The notes below the pieces were generated by a model. It made no database searches. It was not told the origin of the DNA and saw only the letters and a program-made list of their open reading frames with translations. Below are positions 34,159 to 46,083 of a stretch of 64,000 bases of DNA, in pieces. The position numbers and the translations under genes were made by a program. Within the stretch, counting starts at the first letter, position 1; each line of letters starts with the position of its first letter. This DNA is from Monocercomonoides exilis PA203. Lineage: Eukaryota; Protista; Preaxostyla. Location: the NCBI GenBank assembly GCA_001643675.2, contig LSRY02000029.1, positions 310,001-374,000 of the forward strand, read 5' to 3'.

Positions 34159-35221
34159 CTGTATTTTGAAAATTCATTGCATTCAGAAAACAACATCATT
34201 TTGATATTTGCATTGAATACACAAATGTTTGGATTGAGTAAAATGCATGAAAAAATTTATTTCAAAATAGTTATAAAAATGTGCGTTTACACCATTGCTT
34301 TTTGCATTAATATTTTTGATAAGGAATAATTGAGAAAAGCAGCTTTATCAATAAGCTTTATTTGTAATGGGTTCAGAGATCAGGAAAAGATCGTCAAAAA
34401 AATATTTTGAAGATGAAAAAGAGAAAGCATAAAAAAACTTTCTTCATGAAATTGGATGAATGAGGGAAATGATGTCTGGACTTGTGATATAAATATGCCT
34501 GAGCTGAAAGATAAATCTCAAAAATGATTTTTATAAAAAAAGTTTTGATAAAACCATTGAATCAAACTGGCATGAAGAAACCTCTTTTTCATTTACGAAC
34601 TTTTCATAAATTCATTTGTTTGCATCTGGGTGAATGCTTGTTACATTCATTCATTCATTTTCAAAAAACAAAAATAAATAAATAAATTATTAAACATAAA
34701 AATATTATTTTTTTTACTGAATATTTTTAATTGGAAGTTTATTAAATAAGCAAAGTTTTCAAATCAATAACTTTCCTTTTCTCTTTCTTTTTTCTTTTTT
34801 CTTTCTTTTTTTTCTTTCTCTCTCTCTCTTTTTTTTTTTTTTTGATTTCCAAACTTCTGCATTCATTTGTAAAATCTTAGCAAATCTATTTAGAATCATA
34901 ACTGATTTTGAAACGGGAATGAAATAATATTTCAACTGTACGAAAGCGGTGCACAAGCTCAATTGAGTTTTAAAAAGATCCTGTTTCAATTCGTGTTATG
35001 TCTTATTGTGCCAATTAGTGGTAGTATTCAAAACTCAATCAAAAAAATTATATATATATATAATTATCAAAATTTCAGTTAAGTTTTCAAATATTTGTTT
35101 CTAAAAAAATAAGTAACAAATAAGCTTGTAATGGAAAATGACTTTATATTGAGTACATTGATTCGCTTCCTTTACTGAAGAAATCAATTATTGATTATAA
35201 AGCACAATCTATTTAAGCATT

Positions 35222-37107
35222 TCAAAGCTCGATTTCTTCTTCGTTTTCGCCAAATGAAAATTCCTTTTTCTCTTCTGGAAATGAATTTTTGACAGGAAGC
35301 ATTACACAAGATGTCATCTGCTTGTAATATTCCGCTTGGAATTGCTGAAAAGTTTGCGGGAAAGGCGCAAGCTCTAAGCGCGTTAACAGCTCGGTTGTGT
35401 TCATTGATGTGCGATAAAAGGAATACGGGATACTCGCCAAAAACTTCGCTGTCTCAGTCGGAACAACTCCAGGCATCGAAGAAGAAGAAGAAGAAGAAGC
35501 AATAGATGCCGCATAAGATGCAAGCTGTGAGCTTTGTGGCGCATAGCCTATTCCCCCGAATCCTCCTCCTCTTCCGCCTCCTCTTCCGCCTCTTCCTCTG
35601 CCTCCTCCTCCTCTCCCGCGTTCCGCACGCTGCTCCCCTCCCATCCAGCGCATCTCCATTCGGAACTCGTTTCCTGCATTTTCTGCTCTCACAAAGTTGT
35701 GTGGAATGCGCATGTCGCCTTTGAAAAGCTGCATCACTCGCTCTGCTTCACTTTTAATCAAGTTGGTGAATGAGGTGCATGAATGATATGTGTAGAGAGA
35801 TGAAGATAAAGATGAAGATGAATAAAAGAAAGAAGAGGAAGAAGAAGAAGAAGATGATGATGATGATGATGATGGAGATGCTGATGTTGAAGAATGAGAT
35901 GCTGATGCAGATTCAACACGCCTTTGAGCTTCAAGCAAAACTTTTGAAATGTCAGGGTATACAATTGAAGGGAGCAAAAATGAGAGATGCGATGAAATAT
36001 CATATTTGATAGCAGGATGCACCAGACGTATCATCGCCAGCCACTCTGGATCGTATTCCAACTCAGAAAACGTCATTTTCGGAGAACCTTCCTCCTCTTC
36101 ATCTGTTGATGTGGAATGTGACTGACTTGGAGGGGGGGCAACCAAAGGAATACGAACAAGCTGAATACAGTTCCGAATGAATTGTTCACTTGGCTCAGAC
36201 ACTTTGTCCAATGCCAAAAAGCGCGTGTATCTCTTTGCAGATTTCGATGAATCTTGCTGATCGTCAAGTGATGAAGATGTAATATAAGAAGCTGAAACAT
36301 TGCTTGATCCGCAATTCGAAGATGTTGATGGATGTTGGATAAGAGCTGAAAATTTCACATGCATATGAGAAGAAAACTGAAATGGAGGCTGAAAATATTC
36401 TGTCAATTCCCTCATAGCCGGAGAACCCAACGTATGCAATTCTACGTCATCTTTAAGAAAAGGTTTTTGACGAAAGAGAGTGTTTATATCCCCATGATTC
36501 ACAATTCCTTCCGGCCAATCATGCCCAATGAGAATATCTGCTTGTGGAGATAATTGTTTCAGCATGTCCGCATAGACCTTACGAGTGTAGCATGCATAAG
36601 ATTTTCTTTCCAAAGTAACAAATGGAGAGCAAGGAATGACAGCTAGATTTGAAAAAATAATTCAATATTCATTGAAAAAACTAAAAAATACACACGAGAA
36701 TTATAGCTATAGCTTTTATAAATCCCAGATATACCAACTATTCGTAATCCACGAAACCTTACTACACCACATGCACCAAGATAATAAATATTTGGGCAGA
36801 GCCAACCACCATATTGCAATTCCCAATTGTGTGATGAAGACTCATGATTTCCTCCAATAACAATTGTGAGATAAGGTGCTTTTTTCATTCCAGTATAAAA
36901 CTGATGGAATGTTCCCAAAAGCATGTATTTTTCTGGTGCTGTCATTGATTCAAGATCATAAACATCTCTCGTGGCTTCAAAGTCTCCTGTACAAATAACT
37001 AAATCAACTTTTTGTCCTGTTTTCTTTTCTGTTTCTCCTAAAAGTCGGTAAATTTCATCTATTTTTCCATGAACACATCCTGTAACACAAATTAATACAT
37101 CTGACAT
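35222..37107 (-). CDS. DBR1: RNA lariat debranching enzyme; intron 36695-36643
   Basis: GCVHG, GDFEATR, APEKY..LGTFHQFYTG, IGGNHE, GGWLCPNIYYLG, HDWP, LGSP, HMHVKF, TRFLALDK and LEYDPEWL are all Dbr1 signature blocks. Confidence 0.97.
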
Positions 37108-37339
37108 TAGATCGACACCCACCAACTTTTTGAATATTCAATTCAGTTCATTTTTCCTTTCTTTTCGAAAAAATGTTTCCAAATCAATTAGAAAAAAAAA
37201 ACATCACATTAAAGAATACCGATGTATTTATATTCATTAACCTTTATTTAAATTTTCCATATAACTTCAAAGTTTGAAAAATGCTAATTTTCAAATCAAA
37301 TTAATTTATTGAAATATAGTAATAATTATTTTCAGCTTT
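37108..37339. promoter_or_regulatory. Divergent intergenic region DBR1/MORN5 (putative bidirectional promoter)
   Basis: 232 bp between head-to-head ATGs. Confidence 0.45.
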
Positions 37340-38040
37340 ATGGAATTAACTGGATCAACTTTTGAAGGTGTTCCCCACAGAGGTGCTATTGAAATGGAAG
37401 GAAAAGGAAAATATACTTTTCCCAATGGTGATGTTTATGTGGGAGAATTTAAAGATGGGAAGTTTGCACGATTTTTATTTATAAAATTTGGCATGTTGCT
37501 GTTATAAACATTTGTTATTAGATTTCATGGAGAAGGCGTTCTTCACATTGCTGATAAAGGAAGATTTGTTGGACATTGGGACCGAGGGAGAGTTGTAGAT
37601 GTTTGCTTTATAGTTTTTATTAAATTATTACAACTTTAAAATCAAACAATTTTAAAATGAAATAATTTTTATATTGAAAGGGCGAATATTATTTTGCTGA
37701 TGGATTAAAAGCAGAAAAAGATGATTGGGATTATTGTACAAAGGCAGATAGAAGGTTTTATTCAGAAAGAGAAGAAGGAATCAAACCAGCTGGTTTGCTT
37801 TTTGCAAAACATTGAGCTTTTATGAATGAAAAATTTTTAAAAACTATTCATTATTCAGGTCAAAGCAAGCACACTAATAGCGGAATTTTACCATCCATTC
37901 CTCAAGGATGCTTTGACACCGGAACAAGCTATTTTGATCCATCAACAGGAAACCTTCACGATTATTCAGGTGTTATTCTTCGAAAAGCTTCTCAAGCTGA
38001 AGCTGATTGGATTGTTTTAAACTGTAGAATGCAAAGATAG
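37340..38040 (+). CDS. MORN5: MORN repeat-containing protein 5; 4 exons
   Basis: Spliced MELTGSTFEG..MEGKGKYTFPNGDVYVGEFKDGK|FHGEGVL..|GRIYFADGL..WDYCTKADRRFYSEREEGIKPA|GQ..IPQGCFDTG..WIVLNCRMQR* is colinear with MORN5 (MEYTGS..DRRFY..GLKPAG..WI..CR). Confidence 0.92.
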
Positions 38041-38529
38041 AACATTTTCTAAAATTCATTTCAATTCTTTTTTAACGTTCACAAACCACTTCCTTGACAT
38101 TGTGTGATTTTATTTGTTTTTCAAATTTTCTGTTTTGTCTTCAATTATCACTTCATAAAATAATAAAAAAAATTCTCTTTTCTTTGAATTATCCAAAAAA
38201 ATGGAAAAATGTTGATTTTGCTTTCGAAGAATCTTTATATTCTTCTCTTCAAAACAAAAGCAAAAGCAAAGAAAGCACTGAAACGTTATTTTTCAATCGA
38301 AAAAGTTGATTAGAATACTTTGAATTTTTCTTAGACACATCAAAGGATTATGATTTGCAAAAATGAAATGCTCGCACACATTTGAAATGAATAAGTTTTA
38401 TATTTTGTGAGTGCAAAGAAAAGACAACTTGGAGCCTTTTGATTCACAACAACTTTCACACAAGAAAATTTAATTACAATAAAATAAAAAATAAAATAAA
38501 AGAACAAAAGAAACATTTTCGAAGTTATT

Positions 38530-39404
38530 TCAGCCTCTATTGTTCATTTTCAAAACCAATGCAAACACTTCCAGCGCCGGGTCAATTGCAGCATGTCTGT
38601 CAATCTCGTTTGCAAAAAGTGTTCTTGTCACATCCCATGTTTCGTGTGTGATCCAAATGGAGTGCCACAGCTGCTTCATTTGTGCTACAAATGCGCTTGT
38701 CCACCCAGCTGACGAAGAAGAAGCTGCAGCAAAAGGCGAAGAAGACTTCATATCAGATGTGTGCTTTTCTGGCTCTTCTGATGAAACAGAACTTCCAAGT
38801 GAGGTTAACTCTTCCAAACTGTCTATCAAAACATCTGAGGAAGAGCTGCTGCTGAGCTCAGCAGACTGCACAATGTCGAGAAACTGAGTTAAATCCTGAG
38901 AAAGAGAAAAAGCTGCTCGGCAAAGGCGCTCCAGCGATGAGCTGATTGAACGGACGGAGATTGAGGTGGAGACAAAAGAGGAAGAAGAAGAAGGGGAAGA
39001 AGACAGAGAAGAAGATGGAGAAGAAGGCGATGACGACGATAATAATGATGAATGAATATCTGAAGGAGATAAAAGTGGAGATGATGAATATTGCTGAAAT
39101 GGGTAAGGATATAAAGTGGAAGAGGAAGAATTTATAGAAAGCGAAAAGAGATTTATCTTTTCACAGCGATCGAGATAACGTAGATGGGCTTCTTGTGCTT
39201 TGTCTATTGATTCGCACTTTTATGAACAAAATGAAATGAAATGTGAACATATAAAAAAAAATGATTGCAGATTGAAAAATTAAATGCATTGAGAAAATGC
39301 TATTTTTTTTGAAAAAAACAGAAATTTTTTATACAAAAAAAATTTTTTTGAATGAATAAAATAAATCAAAAGTAAAAAACCTAATCAAAACCTAAACACA
39401 CACA

Positions 39405-39492
<88 letters not shown>

Positions 39493-42291
39493 CACGCGAT
39501 GCAAACCTGTTTCAGCTCGTTCCAGAAGAGATGCCAGCTTGTCTCCAGCTGATGCGACGTGAACTGCTGCAGCGCCCTGAAAAACTGCACAACATCGTGA
39601 CAGAACAAGGAAAGCATGTGAATGCGCCGAAGGAGCAGAGGAAGCGAAGGACGAATTGTGTTGTTTCTGAATGAAGTGAGTGTGAATGAAGAAGACGACA
39701 GAAAAGAGGAAGATAACTCAGGAATACCACGCAGTAAAGAGGATGCGGGATTCGAAGGCCTTTCTCGAGAATTTGATGTCTGCTTTTCGGTTTTTTCATT
39801 ATTTTTTTCACTTTCTCTTCTTTTTCTCTTCTCTCTCCTCTCCTTTTTCGTGAGCATCTTGTAAAAATGAATAAGTTCTATTTCTTTTTCATTGCAGCGC
39901 TCAGAAATGCACCCCATCAATAGCAAATAGCTGTTAATGGCAGAATACCGTGAAAGCGCCTGCTGCGAAAGGAAAAGCGAAAGAGAAGAAGAAGACTCAG
40001 GAAGAATGTATAAAAGCCTGCAAAAGCTGTTTTGAGGGCGAAAAGAAGAAGAAAGATTTCTTACAGGTTCAAAAGAATTAGTCGTTTCAGAAAGAGAAGA
40101 AGACAAAGTCATCTGACTTGCTGATGTTTGCGAGGAAACAGAATCAAAAGTGCTATTCAAAACATTTTTCATGCTTTTTGCATTTTCATTATCATTGTCA
40201 TAATCAAAATTACTGCTGCTATTGCCATCCCTCAAAAACACCAGTTTCAGATTCTTTGTGAATGAGTCGTTCTTTCTTCCACACACGCTCAACGCCTCGT
40301 CCAACACACCTGCCACATTTGCTCCTGCTGAATGAACTGCGTTTTCTATCACATGCTCTTCAGTTGGCAGACACAGCACAGAATTCGATGAATACTTGCT
40401 TGTTCGCCTTCTTCTGCTTCTCATTTCTGCTTCTGCTTCTGCTTCTCTTTCTCCTTCTTTATCTTTATATTCGTACATCTCCCTTCCTCTTCCTCTTACT
40501 CCTTCTCTTCCTTCTCTTTCTCTCCCTCCCCCTTTCTTCATCCCAAACAGCCTGAACTCATTCTCAAACGCCCTCTGGCAAACTGCTGACTCCGAAAGCG
40601 TCTTCAGAAAATTGCCCTCAGCCCCGAGAAGAAAGTTGTGCAAGAAAAGCAAATGGCGAATGCATTGGGTGCTGCGGAAGAGGAAGAAGAGCGAATAGCG
40701 AGAGACAAAGCAGAAATGGCTGTGGATTGGAAGAAGAAGAGACTGGAACAGCTTCTCTTCTATTGGAGGCTCCAAAAGAAATGAGGCAGAAGAAGAAAAA
40801 GAAGAAGTTGATGATGATGGTGCTGATGTTATTAAATGAGATGCAGTTAATAATTTTAAGTGGTTGTTTTCTGATGATGCATTAAGACTGCCATCTTCTG
40901 TTTCATTCATCATTTTATAATGCCCATCAAAAGAAGAGGAGGAAGAAGATGAAGGCGACGACGATGATGATTGTAATGAATCTGCTCCTATCCCATGAAC
41001 AGCAGGTGAAGAATTCGACAGAGAAGGAGACTTTGAGAGAGGAGAAGAGGCAGAAGAGGCAGAAGCAGAAGCAGCTGTCCAATCAAAAGATGGCTTTTTT
41101 GACGGTTTTTTGAAGAAACCTGGCTTTTTTGAGAGGATGACTGGTTTGTGTGGTACAGAAGCCGAACGGGAGTGGAAACGAGAAGGAGAAGGAGAAGGAG
41201 AAGAGAGAGGAGAAGGGAAATAAGCAGAAGGAGAACGAGAAGGTGTATGAGAAGGAGAATGTGAATGCAAAGAAGAAGAAGAAGAAGAGAAGGAAGAAGA
41301 AGAAGAAGAAGAGGAAGAGGAAGAAGGAGAAAGCGAACGAGTTGGAGAAGCCGAATGGAAGCGATGTGACGAAGAATAGGGAAGTTGTTCGTGCGAAAAG
41401 GGTGAATTGGAATGTGATAAAGAATACTCAGCGAAAGAGAGGGTATCCAAAGAAGACTGCGAGTGCGTATGTTGTGGCAGCTGCTGCTGAAGAGAAGTGA
41501 AGTGATTCGAAGGCAAAGATGGTGGTTGAATGGAAACTGGGTTTGTTGAATGGATTTCTTCAAAGGAGGAGTCTGTTTCCATGTTTTGGTTTTCAACAGA
41601 AGGCGGTTGATCGTCGTATTCCATTCTGTTTTCTCCTCTTTCTCCTCTTTCTCTTCTTTCTCCTTCTTCTTCTTTTTCTCCTCTTTCTCCTTTTTCTTCC
41701 TTTTTCTCCAAATAATCCTCCAAATTCACCTTCATATTTCCCCACTGTCGCAGTTCTGGTCTGTTCCACACCCACAAATCTCTCTTCTCTTCTTGTTTTT
41801 CATTTGAAGAAGTTACATCAGAATCAACTTCCATTCTTTGCGATCCCTTTTCTTCATCCATTTTGCCTTCTTCTTCTCTTTCTTTCTCTTCTTTCTCTTC
41901 TTCTTTCTCTTTCTCTTCTATTCTTTTTTCTTCTGTCACATCCTCTTCCATTGCAATCTCATTCTTCTCCTTTTTCTCTCTCCTTTTCTCTTCCATTTCC
42001 TTCGCCTGCAGTGGAGTCATATTCAACTCCTGAATCACTTTGTTTCTCTTCAGCCGGATTTCTCTTCTTTTCTTCTGCCATTGAAGAAGCAAAGACGCCT
42101 TCTCCACTTTGCGGAAGAGAGAGGCGTAGTGTAGAAGCAGACGGCGCACCGCCAGAACACGCGGCGGCAAGGAATTCAGCTGGGCTTCTGTGAAATGGAG
42201 GGGGTGATATGGAGGTGAGGGGTGAGAAGATGGAGAAGGAGAAGAAGAGGAGAAAGGGAGAGAAGAAGATGATGATGAAGATGAAGATGAA

Positions 42292-42325
<34 letters not shown>

Positions 42326-45300
42326 GCGATAAAGATAAAGATACAACTTCGTCTGCCAGCTGTTTCAGAGAAGAAGAACTCACATTCAAAGGAAGTCGAA
42401 CAGGAAGAGCAGACAAAATAGCTGAAAGGGACTCAACGGGATATGATGAAGAAGAAGAAGAAGAAGAAGGCAATGAAGAAGAAGATTCCAATTCAGAATC
42501 CATTGCTGTTGAGTCGAGTGATTGCTGTATGTACTTCAGCGGATCTGCTGCTCCTTGCAATAACCCCGTCTGCTCTGGTTTAGCTGCCTCTTCTTTTGCC
42601 TTCTTTTGCTTTGCCTCTGCCTCAGCCATCTGTGCTTTTAAGTCGTTCATCAGCTTTCTCTGTAGCTGCTTCGCATTCAGCGATTCCACAAGCTGTTTTT
42701 CTTCTTCTTCTTGAAGCGCTCTTCGGTATTCTTCGGCGTTTCTTCGTTCGCGTTCTCTTTCTTCTCGCTCCTCGTCTTCCATTTCCTCAAAAATAGAATT
42801 TTGTATTTTGCCATTTTTCACCCCCTTTTGACTTAGTGAATTTTGTGATTGTTTCATCATCATCGTTTTTTGATCATCTTCCATTTTCCCCATCATTTTC
42901 CTGTTTTTCCCCATTTGACTCATTTTTCTCCTCTTCATTTCTTCTCCATCAAACAGAAAGAAAGGCGAAAGCGGCTTCAGTCTTCTTTGCGCTCTGCTCA
43001 ATTCCACACTGAAAAATTGGCTTGGAGAAGGCAATAATGCAATGTCTTCTTCAATAAGTGAGTCATTTTCCCTTTCATTTGACGAAGAGGATGAAGAGAA
43101 ATCTGATAAATGCGACAGTTCTTCCATTGGAAATCCTGTTTTTTCAGAAAAATTTCCTTTTTTTGCAATTTCCAGGCTTCTCAATCCATTCCATTTTTCA
43201 GTCATATTTCTGTCATCATCATCTTCTTCTTCTTCTTCTTCTCCATATTTGCCTTCTTCATTTCCTCTCTTTTTCGCCTCAGAAGCTTCAGGGAAAAGAG
43301 AATAAACAGAGTGGTGCAATCCTTCTTCACCATCAATCATCACAGAAATTTTGGAATCTTCGTTTTTGGCTTGTTGCATTTCAATTTCTGTTTTATTCGT
43401 TTCAGCTGCATTTAAATCAACTTCCATCTCTTCTATTTGTTCTCCTTCTTTTTCCATAAAACCTTCTTTTCCCTTTCCCTTTCCATTTTCATTCTCAAAA
43501 TTCAAACTTTCATTTCCCTCTTTCTCATTTGCATCTTCTTCATCTCCTTTTATTCCTCTTCTCCATCTCCTCCACCCATCCTTCCACTCTTTCTTCTTCA
43601 TCTCCCTTTCTCTGCGCTGTGCATACCAGTTCTTCCAGAACGGGTGCATTTCGCCTTCTTCATACCCGCCTTCCCTTCTCTTCCTCTCTTCCTCAATGGA
43701 ATAGTCAGACAGAACAAGATGCGTATTCAGCATTCCTCTTCCAGCAGACACAGATGGAAGCTCAATCGCAACATCGCTGCGAACAGAAAGGCGGCTCGGT
43801 AAAACAGACGAAAGAATCTTTGCCGACGGATCAAACGGAAGTATGCTCATCAAAGCATTTCCCTTGTTTTGAGCGTTGTCCAGTGGCATAAGAGAAAAAT
43901 GCCTTGTTTTCTCTCTTTCTGCCTGCCGCTCTGCATAAAACAGCCGGCTCCATTCGCCGCTGCGCACGATTTCATACAAAACGGCCTCGTCGTTCAGAAA
44001 GTCAGGCACTTTGCTTCTGTTCACCCGGACTCCAAAGAACGAGTTGGAAGCATCGAACAACGGAACAGAAGGCGAAAACGGAGAAAATGGCATTGAGAAA
44101 GCAGAAAAGCGTGAAAAGTCGGGTGATTCAAATGCAGCGCTTTCTTCTTCTTCTTCTTCAACTCTGTCTTTCTCATCCACTCCTTCGTTGAATCCACCAG
44201 CTACAAAGTTCGATGACGTCATTAATGTGCCTGTTGCAAGCAGATCTTTTGATCTTTCATTGATTCGAAATTCATTGCCGTTTTCTTGTCGGATTTCCAT
44301 TATCTTCTTTTTCCTCTTCTCTTCTTCTTCTTCTGCCAGCTCCTTCCATTCCTTTCTGCGTGTGCCGCGCCCTCTCTTTAAAATAGCTTCCTTTTTTAAT
44401 TGTGTTTCTGTCTTCAACCCCGAAAAAGAACTTTTTTCTTTGAACTTGTCGATTTCTTTTTCTTCTTCTTTTTTTTCTTTCGCTCTTCTTCTTTCATCGC
44501 GCTTTCGTGCTTGTCTGGCCAATATATTTGACAGTCTGCTCATTTCTGGATGGCGAAGATCGTCTTCTTCTGCCTCAATGAAAAATTCCTCATATGGATC
44601 GTCCACAACACCCATCGTTATCCATTTTTCAAGCATTAGCATATATGGCTTCATCGCAGAACCTAGCAAAAAATAAGCCAACGGCGCAAGTTGAGGATCA
44701 ACAATCTGGATTTTGAGGCATATATAAAAGCATGGTATAAAAAATAAATAAAATGAAGTTTAAAAGTATTTGTTCTACCTGAGTGAATTTGAACAATCTG
44801 GAAAGTAATGTCGACCCACGAGGAAATTTCTCGAAATTTGATTGATAGTACTCTTTAAATGATTCTTCTCGTTCATCTTGTCTATTTATGCATTTTGTTA
44901 TTATTCCTATAAAAGATAAAAATGGCTTTAGAAATTTACTTATTGATAAAACTCCTTCATCAAAAAGGTCTGGAATCTTCAGTCCTGAATTTCTTTCTGA
45001 AAATCTTCTAATTATCTCTTCGTAAATTCTTAAAAACTCAGAAACTCCTAAACAGAAATTGTAAGCAATAGCTCCTCCTCTTCCTGGATCTTCAAGAAAA
45101 AACTGAACAAATGTCTTTAATCGGAAAAATAATGAACCTAAACAGCAAGATTCATCTAAAAAGTTAATTTTAAATTGCAGTAATCGATATATGAAAGTTA
45201 TACAAACTAATAAGTCTAATTTCCTCCTCTGAAAAAGATTGAGAAATAATGTTGCTTTTCCTGTTAAATATAAAATAAAATTCACTTGTTTCCTTCTTAA

Positions 45301-45474
45301 ACCCGAAGCTTTGTGATGGGACAGCAAGTAGTGCTTGGGTCAATAACTTACAATTTGAAAAGAAAAATACAAAGAATAAAAATATTATTTGACGGAATTT
45401 TCAATAAAAGCAAATAATTTCTTTATAAATCACCGTTATTCAATAATATATATTTATACCTTTTCAATGTCCAT
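38530..45474 (-). CDS. Gamma-tubulin complex component (Spc97/Spc98 family), GCP6/GCP5-like with a very long inter-GRIP insertion; start uncertain
   Basis: GRIP1-like RGSTLLSRL..KPYMLMLEKWITMGVVDDPYEEFFI..VPDFL..IVRSG. GRIP2-like LLLPIHSHFCFVS..HLLFLHNFLLGAEGNF..YSAINSYLL..LETSWHLF..|ESIDKAQEAHLRYLDRC. Roughly 1000 aa of charged/Ser-rich sequence lies between the two domains. Confidence 0.85.
39396..39490. repeat. Compound (CA)n(TA)n microsatellite in a GCP intron
   Basis: Direct reading. Confidence 0.95.
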
Positions 45475-46083
45475 ATTGTCGCTGAATGAAATATGATTGT
45501 TGTAAAAATAACAAATTTTTTATTTCAATCTGAATTCTCCAAGAAAATAGTAAGGGTAAAAAAAAATAATTCTGATGAAACACAATGTTAAAAAGATTGT
45601 CTTTGCAATATGTTATAAAAATAGGAAAGAAAGAAATTGAAAAAGAATAGATTAATAATTGAATATCTCCTCAAAAATTTAGTCAATTCAAACTCAATTC
45701 CCTAATTTCAAATGTCAACAGATTTCTGTGTTGTTCAAGCTTTCATTGTTCATTTCAATTTCTGGTTATTGATTGAAAGAATGAATTTTTTTATTTTATA
45801 ATCAAATAGAATAAACATTAACAAAATTATTTGTTTTTTGTTTCTTACACGTTTGCTCACTTACAGAAAAGGGGGAAAAAATATTTTTTTTTAATATTCT
45901 CATTTAAACAATCAGAAAAATCAACTTTAAAGTCAATTATTTATAAATATGAAATCAATTGTTAAAAATAAAATTCAAAAATAACTTTATAAAATACAAA
46001 TATTTATATATAATTTATAATCTGTAAAAGAAATGAATCATTTGCTTCAAATTAGCAAATACAATGTAAAAGCATCAAACGCA

